From NCBI GenBank assembly GCA_965652295.1, contig CBFGTS010000001.1, positions 512,001 through 576,000 on the forward strand: DNA of 64,000 bases, given 5' to 3'. This DNA is from an uncultured Haloferula sp. (GTDB lineage Bacteria > Verrucomicrobiota > Verrucomicrobiia > Verrucomicrobiales > Akkermansiaceae). Each line of letters opens with the position of its first letter. Position 1 is the first letter of the stretch. The notes under the pieces were generated by a model. That model had not been told where the DNA came from. It was given only the letters and a program-made list of their open reading frames with translations, and made no database searches. Of the stretch, positions 9,080 through 19,044 are shown in pieces. The position numbers and the translations under genes are program-made.

Positions 9080-12000
9080 ATGTACCTCCCTTTCGTCCTG
9101 TCCCGCGCGACGTGGAAAAAACCTCCCGCCCGATGGGGGGCGGCTTGTGGCTTTGCTGTCATCCTCGCCAGCCAGCCGGCCGCAGCCGAACTCGCGGTGG
9201 AACACCTGACCACCAACGGCCGCGAGAACCCGCTCGGGATCGCTGCCGACGATCTGTCCTTCTCCTGGGCTTCGGTTTCCCAAGAGCGCGGGGTGGTCCA
9301 GCAGGCGTACCAGATCCGGGTCGGAACCTCGGCCGGTGCCGCGAATGTCTGGGACTCCGGCCAGATGACGTCCTCACGGCAGGTGGATGTCGTGCTCCCG
9401 CCGGACATCGAGCTGTCGCCCGCGACCCGCTATTACTGGCAGGTGCGGGTATGGGATGGCGATGCGCAGGCGAGCGAGTGGAGTGAACCCGCGTGGTTCG
9501 AAACCGGCATGCTCGCGGAGGGCGATTGGAGCGGAGCCGAATGGATCGCCCGGCAGGTGGGAAGTCCGGACATCGACGAGTGGGACGACTACACCGCGAC
9601 GGTCCGTTTTACCCTAACGAACGAAGCATTCGGGGTCTTCCTCCGCTGTTCGGCGGACGGACGCGATGCCTATATGATGCAGGTCAACGTCACCGGCGGT
9701 GCTCCGGTGTTCAAACCCCACAAGCGGGTCAACGGTGCCTACACCCTGCTGGACACCATCAACCTCTCCGGCTTCGGGCACACGAATGCCTCGCTGACGG
9801 GATCGACCCACATCCTTCAGTTCCACGTTTCGGGCGGCAGCATCGTCACGAAGCTGGACGGCGACACGATCGACACCCGCTCCGGCGTCTCGTTTCCGAA
9901 AGGATTCGTCGGGTTCCGGACCTTCGGCTCGGAGGCGGGCGCGGTGGAACGGGTGCAAGTGGTGGACGAGGCGAGCGGCGAAATCATGATCGACCGCGAT
10001 TTCTCAGCCGGCGTCGAGAATGGATTCAGCGCCGGCGTGGTGCGCGACGGAGCCCTTCAGATCTCCGGGGACACGGATTCGATTTTCGCCAACGTCCCGC
10101 CGTCGCTTCCCCTGCTGCGGGGGAAATTCACGGCCCGCGACGATATCGCGTCGGTGCGGCTCTACGCATCGGCGCTCGGTCTTTACGAGATCTCGGTCAA
10201 TGGAGCGAAAGCTGGCGACCAGTTTCTGGCTCCCGGCTGGACCGACTACGAGCGAAGGATCCAGGCGCAGACCTACGACATCACGAATCTGGTCCAGCCG
10301 GGAGAGAACGTGATCGGGGTCGCTCTGGCGGACGGATGGTATCGCGGTGCCGTCGGGCTCGGATGGACGCGGGTCTACGGCGACCAGCTCGCCTTCGTCG
10401 CCAAGGTCAAGGTCACCTATGACGACGGTTCCTCCGAGTGGTTCGCGACCGGCCCATCGTGGAAAGCAAGTTATGGTCCCTACGTTCAAGGCGACCTTCA
10501 GGACGGAGAGGTTTACCACGCCGGCCTCAAGCGTTCCGGATGGGACACGACGGCTTTCGACGACACGGATTGGTCGTCTGTCGTGGTGGTAGCGAATGCT
10601 TCCGCCAGGCTCGTACCGCAGCCGGATGAACCGGTCCGGGAAGTGGCGTTGTTGACGGCGGTGTCGCGCGTCGAGATCCAGCCGGGGACGTGGATCTACG
10701 ATCTCGGACAGAACATGGTCGGCGTTCCGCGCATGGTCCTCAGTGGCGAGGATGGGGAAACGGCGACGATCCGCCATGCGGAGGAACTCTACCGGACCGG
10801 CTCCCGAGCGGGGCAGATCTACACCGCGAATCTTCGCTCGGCCGACGCCACCGACATCTACACCTTCGCGACGACCGGGACGGTGACGTATCAGCCGAAG
10901 TTCACCCAGCACGGGTTCCGCTACATCGAGATCAGCGGCTTGGCCTCGCCTCCGGCCGCGAGCGACGTACACGGCGTCGTTCTTTCCTCCGACCTGCCAT
11001 CTACCGGAGATTTGGAAACCTCCCATGAAATGCTCAACCAGCTGGTGAGCAACATCCGCTGGGGGCAGCGTGGCAACTTTCTCTCCATCCCGACCGACAC
11101 CCCGGCCCGCGACGAGCGCCTGGGGTGGACGGGCGACATCAACGTCTTTTCGCCGACGGCCGCCCGCCTTGGCGACACGCGGGCGTTCCTTTCCAAATGG
11201 ATGAATGACGTGCGCGACGTCCAGCGGGCCGATGGGAACCTGCCCGCCGTGGTGCCGCAGCCGGACGGTCAGTTCAACGACACGGGCGTTGGCTGGTCCG
11301 ATGCCGTCATCACGATCCCCTACTCCGTCTGGAAGGCCACCGGTGACGAGCGGATCGTCCGCGGGAACTGGGATGTCATGAAACGGTTCTACGCGTTCGT
11401 CCACCACAGCGCGACGGGTGACGGCGATCTGCTGGAACAGGGTCGGAGCACCTGGTTTTCGGGCGATTGGTTGTCTCTTGAATCGGGCTGGAACCGGCTG
11501 GAAGAGCACAAGGTGATTGCGACCGCCTACTTTGCCGAAAACACGCGCATGATGTCCGAAATGGCGGAGGTCATGGGGGAAGCCGATCTTGCGCAGGAGT
11601 GGGCGGCATTGGTGCCTCAGATCCGGGAGGCCTTTGTGGCGGCTTACCGCAGCGGAGATGGTTCGATCTATCAGGGAACCCAAACCGCCTACGCCCTGGC
11701 CCTCGGCTGGGACATGATCGCCGATCCCGAACAACGCCGGCAGACGGGTCGGAAATTTGTCGAGAAGCTGGCGTCGGATGGCGATCACCTGCGGACCGGC
11801 TTTCTCGGCACCCCGTGGCTGTTGCCGGCCCTGTCCAAGATCGGTCGCGATGATCTCGCGATGACGCTGTTGCTCAACGAGGACTATCCGTCGTGGGGAT
11901 TTCCCATCTCGATGGGAGCGACCACGATGTGGGAAAGGTGGAACTCGATCCAGCCGGATGGCTCGTTCGGTCCGGTGGACATGAACTCGTTCAATCACTA

Positions 12001-13372
12001 CGCCTACGGGGCGGTGGGGGATTGGATGTTCGGGCACATCGCCGGCATCCGGAAGATGGAGGTGGGATACAAGACGATGCGGATCGATCCCCTGATCGGC
12101 GCCGGCGGTTTGACCAACGCGCGGTGCAGCCAGCGGACGCCGTTCGGCAGGATTTCGGTCGAGTGGAACGTGGCGGAATCAGGCAACCGGCTCCAGCTGG
12201 AGATCCCGGCCAACACGACGGCGGAGGTCCACCTCCCCCGAAGCGCGGGTGCCGGAGTGTCCGAGGGAACGGGTCCGGCGGAGTCAGCTGCGGGCGTCCA
12301 ACTCCTCCGCACGCAAGGCGACACCGCGGTGTATGCGGTGGATTCCGGCACTTACGACTTCACCTGGATCCCGGTTCTGGCGGCTCCGGCATCTCTGGAC
12401 GCGGTGGCGGAAACGGACCGGGTGAATCTGACGTGGGCGGCGGTGGACGGCGCGACGGGTTACCGGCTTCTTCGATCGACCGTGAGCGGCGGGCCCTATA
12501 CTCCGATCGGCGGCGACCTGACCTCGCCGGGGTTCTCCGACAGCAACGTGGTCAAAGGAAGATCCTACTTTTATGTGGTTCGCGCGTTCAACGCCGCGAC
12601 GGAAGGCGCCAACAGCGACGAAGTTTCGGTGCAGGTGGCGCTCGCCCTCAACGGAGGCTTCGAGGATCCGCCGACGGGAGGCTACGTCTATCAGCCTGTC
12701 AGCGGAGACTGGCAGTTCGATTCACAGTCGGGAGTCGCCGCCGACGGGAGTCTTTTCACGGACGCCAATCCGGACGCTCCGGAAGGCATGCAGGTGACCT
12801 TTCTTCAAAGAACCGGCACGGTCCGCCAAACTCTCATCGGGCTCATCCCGGAGATGGCCTATGAAGTCGTTTTCCAAGCCGCGCAGCGTGCGGAGGGCTC
12901 GGCCTGGAATGCGGTGGGGCAGACGTGGGAGGTCCGGCTCGACGAGAGCGTGCTCGGCGCCTTCGGTCCCGACGAAAGTGGAACCGCCTACGCCGAATAC
13001 CGGCTGCCCTTCACGGCGACGGCCGGCCAGCACGAGTTGGTTTTTGCCGGGACCAATCTTCTTGGAGGAGACAATACGGTCTTTCTCGATGGCGTGGAAG
13101 TCGTTCCGGTGGTCGTTCCGGTGGGTGACAAGGAGCGGCGTGCGCCATTCGCCGAATGGATGCCGGATGGCGAGGCCGGGCCCGGGCTCCGTCTCACTGT
13201 TCGCGACACGGTGCCGGGCTACGAGTATGTCTTGCAGGCGAATGCGGATCTTCAACCGGAGGGCTGGTGGTCCGTTTCCCAGCCGAGGATCGGCGATGGG
13301 GGAGATATGATCTTCTCGGCCCCGTCCGTGGCGGCGCTCCGGCAGTTCTTCCGGATCATGATCTGGAACTGA
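9080..13372 (+). CDS. Secreted GH78 alpha-L-rhamnosidase-family protein with an inserted lectin-like domain, FN3 and a C-terminal CBM-like domain
   Basis: YDLGQNMVG, FTQHGFRY, PTDTPARDERLGWTGD, GATTMWERWN, MNSFNHYAYG motifs; FN3 LTWAAVDGATGY...YFYVVRA. Confidence 0.92.
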   Translation: MYLPFVLSRATWKKPPARWGAACGFAVILASQPAAAELAVEHLTTNGRENPLGIAADDLSFSWASVSQERGVVQQAYQIRVGTSAGAANVWDSGQMTSSRQVDVVLPPDIELSPATRYYWQVRVWDGDAQASEWSEPAWFETGMLAEGDWSGAEWIARQVGSPDIDEWDDYTATVRFTLTNEAFGVFLRCSADGRDAYMMQVNVTGGAPVFKPHKRVNGAYTLLDTINLSGFGHTNASLTGSTHILQFHVSGGSIVTKLDGDTIDTRSGVSFPKGFVGFRTFGSEAGAVERVQVVDEASGEIMIDRDFSAGVENGFSAGVVRDGALQISGDTDSIFANVPPSLPLLRGKFTARDDIASVRLYASALGLYEISVNGAKAGDQFLAPGWTDYERRIQAQTYDITNLVQPGENVIGVALADGWYRGAVGLGWTRVYGDQLAFVAKVKVTYDDGSSEWFATGPSWKASYGPYVQGDLQDGEVYHAGLKRSGWDTTAFDDTDWSSVVVVANASARLVPQPDEPVREVALLTAVSRVEIQPGTWIYDLGQNMVGVPRMVLSGEDGETATIRHAEELYRTGSRAGQIYTANLRSADATDIYTFATTGTVTYQPKFTQHGFRYIEISGLASPPAASDVHGVVLSSDLPSTGDLETSHEMLNQLVSNIRWGQRGNFLSIPTDTPARDERLGWTGDINVFSPTAARLGDTRAFLSKWMNDVRDVQRADGNLPAVVPQPDGQFNDTGVGWSDAVITIPYSVWKATGDERIVRGNWDVMKRFYAFVHHSATGDGDLLEQGRSTWFSGDWLSLESGWNRLEEHKVIATAYFAENTRMMSEMAEVMGEADLAQEWAALVPQIREAFVAAYRSGDGSIYQGTQTAYALALGWDMIADPEQRRQTGRKFVEKLASDGDHLRTGFLGTPWLLPALSKIGRDDLAMTLLLNEDYPSWGFPISMGATTMWERWNSIQPDGSFGPVDMNSFNHYAYGAVGDWMFGHIAGIRKMEVGYKTMRIDPLIGAGGLTNARCSQRTPFGRISVEWNVAESGNRLQLEIPANTTAEVHLPRSAGAGVSEGTGPAESAAGVQLLRTQGDTAVYAVDSGTYDFTWIPVLAAPASLDAVAETDRVNLTWAAVDGATGYRLLRSTVSGGPYTPIGGDLTSPGFSDSNVVKGRSYFYVVRAFNAATEGANSDEVSVQVALALNGGFEDPPTGGYVYQPVSGDWQFDSQSGVAADGSLFTDANPDAPEGMQVTFLQRTGTVRQTLIGLIPEMAYEVVFQAAQRAEGSAWNAVGQTWEVRLDESVLGAFGPDESGTAYAEYRLPFTATAGQHELVFAGTNLLGGDNTVFLDGVEVVPVVVPVGDKERRAPFAEWMPDGEAGPGLRLTVRDTVPGYEYVLQANADLQPEGWWSVSQPRIGDGGDMIFSAPSVAALRQFFRIMIWN

Positions 13373-13384
13373 GGCTTTGGTAGC

Positions 13385-15841
13385 TCAGCGCTGCACGACC
13401 GGGATCGTCAGAGTGGCGGGCTCAAGGCCTTCGGCTTCGGCGCGCAGTTCGAGGGTGCCTTCTTCGCCGGACGGACGCAGGATCGCGAGGCAGCGACCTT
13501 CATAAGTCTCGCGTTGTGGCTGCTGGAAGCTTGCCGGTTCATTCGGCACCGCGCTGGCCTGACCGGCGAGGTCGCCAACACCGGTGACGGAGAAGCGGAC
13601 CCTGGCCCGGGCGTCGGGCACGCGGCGGCCTTCGGCGTCGACGACTTCGACCGTGACGTAGGCGAGATCGTCGCGGTCGGCTCGGATCGAGGTACGGTCG
13701 GCGGTGAGCCGGATCGCGGCGGCCGGGCCGGTGGTGGTGAGGACGGTTTCTGCGACGGGCTGGCCATCCTTCAAGCCGACGGCTTTCAGTTCGCCCGCCT
13801 CGTAGGGGACGTTGAACTTCGCGGTGAGCTTCGTTTCCTCCGAGACTTCCTTTTCCCCGACAACCTTGCCGTTGAGCTCGAGGCGGACCTGTTCGCAGCG
13901 GGAGTAAACGGAAACCTGAAGCGGCTTCCCTTGGTGGCCGGCCCAGTTCCAGCTGTCGGATTCCTTGGGCCAAGCCCACCAGCTCAGGACTTCGTGGAGC
14001 CCGTCGGGGATGGGTTCGTGAACGAACATCGCGATCTCGCGCTCGCGCCAGAGGACGTCGCGGTAGTAGGATTGCGGTTTCTTGAAGCCGCACAGGTCGA
14101 GGTCGCCACACCAGGCGTTGAACCACGGCCAGCCCATGAAGAAGGGATTTTCCTCATTGCTCAGCACGCTGTGGGCGAGGCCGGCTTCGCCGAGGTAATC
14201 CATGGCGGTCCAGACGAAGTCGCCGATGACGTAGGGCTTTTCTTCGACGTGCTTCCAGTAGTCGAAGGCGTCCTTCGGAAACGACTCGGAGCCGTACATG
14301 ATCCGATCGGGATGGCGCCGGTGGTCTCCTTCGTAAAACTGAGGGAGGTAGTTGTAGCCGGCGATGTCGAGGTGGGTGAAAGCGGGATCGGAGCGCTGGT
14401 CCCAGTTCTTGAAGACATCGCCCCAGTCGGTGCAGATCCCTTGGGTGACGAAGCGGGTGGTATCGTGCTTGAGGACCTCCTCGCGGATCTGCATGCCGAG
14501 GTCGCCGGCGCGGAACTGCTCGGGGATCTCGTTGCCGACCGACCACATGATGACGGACGGATGGTTGCGGTCGCGGCGGACCATCGAGGCGATGTCCCGC
14601 GCGAACCAATCCTTGAAGTCTCGTTGATAGCCGTGGTCGTTCTTTTCCTTCGGCTCGTTCCATTGGTCGAAGGCCTCGTTGATGACGAGCATGCCGAGCC
14701 GGTCGCAGGCGTCGAGCAATGCGGGCGAGGGCGGATTGTGGCTGGTGCGGATCGCGTTGTAGCCGTTTGCCTTGAGAAGCTCGATTTTGCGCTCCTCCGC
14801 GCGGTCGATGGCTGCCGCGCCCAGCGGTCCGTTGTCGTGATGGATGCAGCCGCCTTTGAGGAAAAGAGGTTTGCCGTTGAGAAGAAAGCCGCGCTTGGCA
14901 TCGGCCTCGATCCGGCGAATGCCGAAGGGGGTGGAGACGGTATCGATGACCTCTCCTTCCACGATCACTTCGACCTCCGCGCGATGGAGATTCGGCGCGT
15001 CGAGAGACCACAGCTTTGGCGACATCACCGCGAACCCGAGTCGCTGGGAACGCGTTTTGCCGGCGGGGATCCGCAAGGTGCTCCGGGTGGTGCCGACTTC
15101 CTTGCCGTCGGGGTCCAGCGCGCGAACCCGGATGCCGGCAGAGACCTCATTGGCCGAGCCGTTCGCCACCTCGGCATCGATGGCGACCAAGGCCTTCCGA
15201 GACGAGACTTCCGTACTCGTGACGAACACACCCCAAGTGGGAATGTGGACCGGATCGGTCACGGTCAGCCACACGTGCCGGTAGATGCCTGAGCCGGAAT
15301 ACCAACGGCTGTTCCAGCCTTCATTCCGCACTTTCACTGCCAGCACGTTCTCCTGTCCGGCGGGTTTGAGATGGGGAGTGAGGTCGAACTCGAAGCTGGT
15401 GTAGCCGTGGGGGTGCTCGCCGAGCCGGTGACCGTTGATCCACACCTCCGGGTTCATGTAAACGCCATCGAACCGCACCGAAACCCGCTTGTCCGTTTCG
15501 CCGAAGGTGAAGGATTTGCGGTACCATCCGATGCCACCTACGGTGAATCCCGTGAAATGACGGTTGCTCGCCTCGGCAGGATCGAACGGCCCGAAACGGC
15601 GTGGCGTATCGCCGGTTTTCCCGGGGAGATCCTCGATGCTCCAGTCGTGCGGCAGGTGGAGCGTGCGCCAGCCGGAGTCATCGAAACCGGCCATCTCCGC
15701 GCCGGGGACATCGCCGCGATGGAAGCGCCAGTCCTCGTCGAAGCCAACGGTCCGGGAGTCCGGCACGGCGGAGAGCCATGTCAAGGACGCCAGCCAGAGA
15801 GAAAGAGCGATGACGGAGAGAGAGAGCGATCGGTATTTCAT
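13385..15841 (-). CDS. GH2 glycoside hydrolase (beta-galactosidase family), secreted
   Basis: LPHDWSI, RWYSGSGIYRHV, NAIRTSHNPP, RDRNHPSVIMWSVGNE (acid/base Glu), GSESF; signal peptide. Confidence 0.93.
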   Translation of the reverse strand: MKYRSLSLSVIALSLWLASLTWLSAVPDSRTVGFDEDWRFHRGDVPGAEMAGFDDSGWRTLHLPHDWSIEDLPGKTGDTPRRFGPFDPAEASNRHFTGFTVGGIGWYRKSFTFGETDKRVSVRFDGVYMNPEVWINGHRLGEHPHGYTSFEFDLTPHLKPAGQENVLAVKVRNEGWNSRWYSGSGIYRHVWLTVTDPVHIPTWGVFVTSTEVSSRKALVAIDAEVANGSANEVSAGIRVRALDPDGKEVGTTRSTLRIPAGKTRSQRLGFAVMSPKLWSLDAPNLHRAEVEVIVEGEVIDTVSTPFGIRRIEADAKRGFLLNGKPLFLKGGCIHHDNGPLGAAAIDRAEERKIELLKANGYNAIRTSHNPPSPALLDACDRLGMLVINEAFDQWNEPKEKNDHGYQRDFKDWFARDIASMVRRDRNHPSVIMWSVGNEIPEQFRAGDLGMQIREEVLKHDTTRFVTQGICTDWGDVFKNWDQRSDPAFTHLDIAGYNYLPQFYEGDHRRHPDRIMYGSESFPKDAFDYWKHVEEKPYVIGDFVWTAMDYLGEAGLAHSVLSNEENPFFMGWPWFNAWCGDLDLCGFKKPQSYYRDVLWREREIAMFVHEPIPDGLHEVLSWWAWPKESDSWNWAGHQGKPLQVSVYSRCEQVRLELNGKVVGEKEVSEETKLTAKFNVPYEAGELKAVGLKDGQPVAETVLTTTGPAAAIRLTADRTSIRADRDDLAYVTVEVVDAEGRRVPDARARVRFSVTGVGDLAGQASAVPNEPASFQQPQRETYEGRCLAILRPSGEEGTLELRAEAEGLEPATLTIPVVQR

Positions 15842-16071
15842 GCGTGACGAAGAATCCAGAGCGTGCGTGCGGGCTACGTGAAGACGACGGGTTTCGTTTC
15901 AGGAAGCATTTCCGTCCTTGATGACGGGCTTATCTTGATCGCTGGAGGTTTCCAGTGCCTCCTCTTCCAGGCCCCCAAGGCAGGATGGTAGCCGACAAGG
16001 TTTTCGGTCGGGCAGCATGCTCGTCATTTGCTTGCTTGTTGCCGGAATCTCCTCAATCCACCCTGTCACCG

Positions 16072-16431
16072 ATGAGCGATACCACCCGAGACCGCGGCCC
16101 GCAGCCCGTTGACACCCTCATGGAAGCCTGGGGCCTGGGCAACCACGACATGGTGGACGCCTCACCCGAGCAACTGACCCACAAACAGGTCCAGCGCGCC
16201 CGCAAGGGCCGCGTGCTCACGCTCGCGATGATGCAGAAGGTCACCCGCACCTTGAACATCGCCGTCTGGTACCGCCTCAAGAAAGAAGAGCGCGAACTCT
16301 ATTACGAATACCTCCACCGCGATCTCTTCAACTACGCCAAGGGCCACGACCCGGAGTTCCAGGATCCCAACCTCCCGTTGATGGAGGCCGTGAAATCGCG
16401 GGGTTCCAGGATCATCAACCGCGAGGAATAG
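16072..16431 (+). CDS. Hypothetical protein, possibly HTH-like
   Basis: Coding-like 119-aa ORF filling the gap; LTHKQVQRARKGRVLT segment. Confidence 0.7.
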   Translation: MSDTTRDRGPQPVDTLMEAWGLGNHDMVDASPEQLTHKQVQRARKGRVLTLAMMQKVTRTLNIAVWYRLKKEERELYYEYLHRDLFNYAKGHDPEFQDPNLPLMEAVKSRGSRIINREE

Positions 16432-16462
16432 CGGTTCATGGAATGCTGCCGGCGAAGATGGA

Positions 16463-17404
16463 TCAGCCTCCCTTCTTCTGCGCGAACAGCCAGGCCTGGA
16501 CCTTTTCGTCCTGCAGGACGCGATCGGCGATGCCGTGGCCAGCGCCTTCGAACTCAGTGTAAGTGATGTTGGCCCGGCTCTTCTCAAGCGCCTCCACCAT
16601 TTTCCGGGACTCCTCGACGGAGACCTTGTCGTCCTTGTCGCCGTGGAAATTCCAGATCGGCAGCTTCCGCAGATCCCGCGCAAGGTCGGGGTTTCCTCCG
16701 CCAGCAATCGGGATGGCGGCGGCGAACAGCTTGGGTTCGGCACCAATGGCCGACCAGGTGCCGTAGCCGCCCATGGAAAATCCGCTGATGTAGATCCGGT
16801 CTTCATCCACCGGTAGGTTTTCGGCGAGGTCCTCGGTCAAAGCGATGACCCGCTCGGTGATCTCGGAACTGCTCCAGAAAACCTCGGACGGGCACTGGGG
16901 AGCGACCACGATACAGGGTCGCTTGGCCTGGTTGTCAGGCGAGGCGAAGGTGCGTGGCAGCCCGTTGACCTGCCGTTCATTGTCCTCGCCGCGCTCGCCG
17001 ACGCCGTGGAGAAAGACGACGAGGGGAAGCTTCTGGTCCTTCTTGAACTTGGCCGGAGCCCAGATCTGGAACTTGAGGTCCTCAATCTCCCCCTTGACCC
17101 AATCGCCTTTCGCGAATTCGGCGTACTCGCCGAGATCGGCAAGCTCCGCCTCACCGCCTTTGGCGATCATTTCCTTCGCGAAAGCGATGTCGGCTTCCGC
17201 AAGCTTCTCGAAGGGAATCCGGACTTCCCTGGAGCCCGTGCGGACCGTGACGGAGGAGTCGTCGCCCTCGACGAACTCCGCTTCGATCGTGCGGCCATCG
17301 CTCGATGTCCAGACCCGGGCTTCGAGCGCAGGCAGCGCCATGAGCAGGGCCAAGCCCCAGACGGCGAAGGGCGGCCGGGGTGATGTCTTGAATGAGAGTT
17401 TCAT
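16463..17404 (-). CDS. Secreted alpha/beta-hydrolase (esterase/peptidase) with an N-terminal SHD1-like domain
   Basis: RVWTSSDGRTIEAEF (SHD1-like); FLHGVGERG, nucleophile GFSMG, FHGDKD, GAGH. Confidence 0.85.
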   Translation of the reverse strand: MKLSFKTSPRPPFAVWGLALLMALPALEARVWTSSDGRTIEAEFVEGDDSSVTVRTGSREVRIPFEKLAEADIAFAKEMIAKGGEAELADLGEYAEFAKGDWVKGEIEDLKFQIWAPAKFKKDQKLPLVVFLHGVGERGEDNERQVNGLPRTFASPDNQAKRPCIVVAPQCPSEVFWSSSEITERVIALTEDLAENLPVDEDRIYISGFSMGGYGTWSAIGAEPKLFAAAIPIAGGGNPDLARDLRKLPIWNFHGDKDDKVSVEESRKMVEALEKSRANITYTEFEGAGHGIADRVLQDEKVQAWLFAQKKGG

Positions 17405-17459
17405 GAGCGTTCCGGAACCTTACGGGTTTCGGAGCGCGAATCTGGCGAATCTTTTTCCC

Positions 17460-19016
17460 TCAGGCTTCGAGCCGGTGGATCTTCAAAGGATTCGCTTCCC
17501 GGAGTTCGGCAGGCAGGGCGGAGTCTGGGAAGTTCTGCCAGCAGGCGGGACGGCAGAAACGGTGGATCGCCAAGGTGCCGACGGAAGTACTGCGTCCATC
17601 CGAGGTGGAGGGATACGGCCCGCCGTGCACCATGCTGGCGCAGACTTCGACGCCGGTCGGGAAGCCGCCGAAGAGCAGCCGGCCGCAGCGGTCGCGCAGG
17701 GTGGTGACGAGCTGCGGATGGGCGGCGAGTTCCTCCTCGCTGGCATGCAACGTGGCGGTGAGCTGTCCTTCGAGGGCCGTCACGGCCTCGGTGATTTCCT
17801 CAAGGCTGCCACGGACGATGAGTGCGCCGGGGCCGAACAGCTCGGCCTGGAGCGCGGGATTACCGAGGAAGTCGGCGGCGGAAACCTGGAGCAGGACGGG
17901 CGTGCCACCGCAGGCGGAGGCCTCGGCGCCTTGGGCGAGCGTTTCGACGCAGGACTCGGCGGCGAGGGCTTCGCAACCCTTCCGATAGGCTTCGGAAATG
18001 CCGGCATTGAGCATGGTGGCGGGAGAGCCGGCGGCGACGAGTTCGGAAAGCTTTGCGACAAAAGCGTCGCCGGCATCGTCCGGCAGGAAGACGAGCCCGG
18101 GGTTGGTGCAGAACTGTCCGGCACCCAGGGTGAGGGAGCCGTAATAGGCTTCGGCCAGGGCTTTCTCGCCGCGGTCGAGCGCGCCGGGAAGGATGACGAC
18201 CGGATTGATCGAACTCATTTCCGCGTAGACAGGGATCGGCTCCGGTCGGGAGGCGGCGAGCTGCATCAGCGAGGTGCCGGCGGCACGCGAGCCGGTGAAA
18301 CCGACGGCCTTGATGGTGGGATGGGAAACGACGGCGCGGCCGACGGTACGACCTCCACCGTAGAGGAGCGAGAACACGCCCTCCGGCATGCCGGTTTCCC
18401 GCGCGGCCTCGATCACCGCACCGGCGACGATTTCGGCAAGGCCGGGGTGGGAGGCGTGACCGATGACAACCACGGGGCAGCCGGCGGCGAGGGCGGAGGC
18501 GGTGTCGCCACCCGCCACGGAGAAGGCGAGGGGGAAATTGCTGGCGCAGAAAACCGCGACCGGGCCGAGCGGCACGAGCATCGCACGCAGGTCCGGCTTC
18601 GGCAGCGGTTGGCGGTCGGGCTGCGCGCGATCGATCCGTGCATCGACCCACGAGCCTTCCTCGATGAGCGCGGCGAACATCCGGAGTTGGCCGCAGGTGC
18701 GGCCGGTTTCGCCGCGCATGCGGGCCTCGGGCAGGCCGGTTTCCAGCGGCCCGCGGGCGGCGATGTCCTCGGTGCGTGCCTCGATGTTCGCGGCGATGGA
18801 GCGCAGGAAGACGGCTCGATCTTTTCCGCTGAGGGCGGAGTAGACGGGAAAGGCGCTTTCGGCGAGGCGGAGCGCGGTTTCCACCTCGTCGTCGGTGGCG
18901 GCGAGGTAGCCGGGCTCAAGCGAGTCGCCCGTGGCGGGGTTGATGCCGCCGCCGCAGGGCTGGGTGCCGGCGGAGCGGGCGTAGCCGATGAAGGAGGTGC
19001 CTTGGAGATCGATCAT
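17460..19016 (-). CDS. Alpha-ketoglutaric semialdehyde dehydrogenase (NADP+ aldehyde dehydrogenase)
   Basis: ASNFPLAFSVAGGDTASALAAGCPV, GFTGS, EMSSINP, GQFCTNPG; hydroxyproline pathway context. Confidence 0.9.
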   Translation of the reverse strand: MIDLQGTSFIGYARSAGTQPCGGGINPATGDSLEPGYLAATDDEVETALRLAESAFPVYSALSGKDRAVFLRSIAANIEARTEDIAARGPLETGLPEARMRGETGRTCGQLRMFAALIEEGSWVDARIDRAQPDRQPLPKPDLRAMLVPLGPVAVFCASNFPLAFSVAGGDTASALAAGCPVVVIGHASHPGLAEIVAGAVIEAARETGMPEGVFSLLYGGGRTVGRAVVSHPTIKAVGFTGSRAAGTSLMQLAASRPEPIPVYAEMSSINPVVILPGALDRGEKALAEAYYGSLTLGAGQFCTNPGLVFLPDDAGDAFVAKLSELVAAGSPATMLNAGISEAYRKGCEALAAESCVETLAQGAEASACGGTPVLLQVSAADFLGNPALQAELFGPGALIVRGSLEEITEAVTALEGQLTATLHASEEELAAHPQLVTTLRDRCGRLLFGGFPTGVEVCASMVHGGPYPSTSDGRSTSVGTLAIHRFCRPACWQNFPDSALPAELREANPLKIHRLEA

Positions 19017-19044
19017 GGAAACGATGGGAAAACGGGATAGGGTT

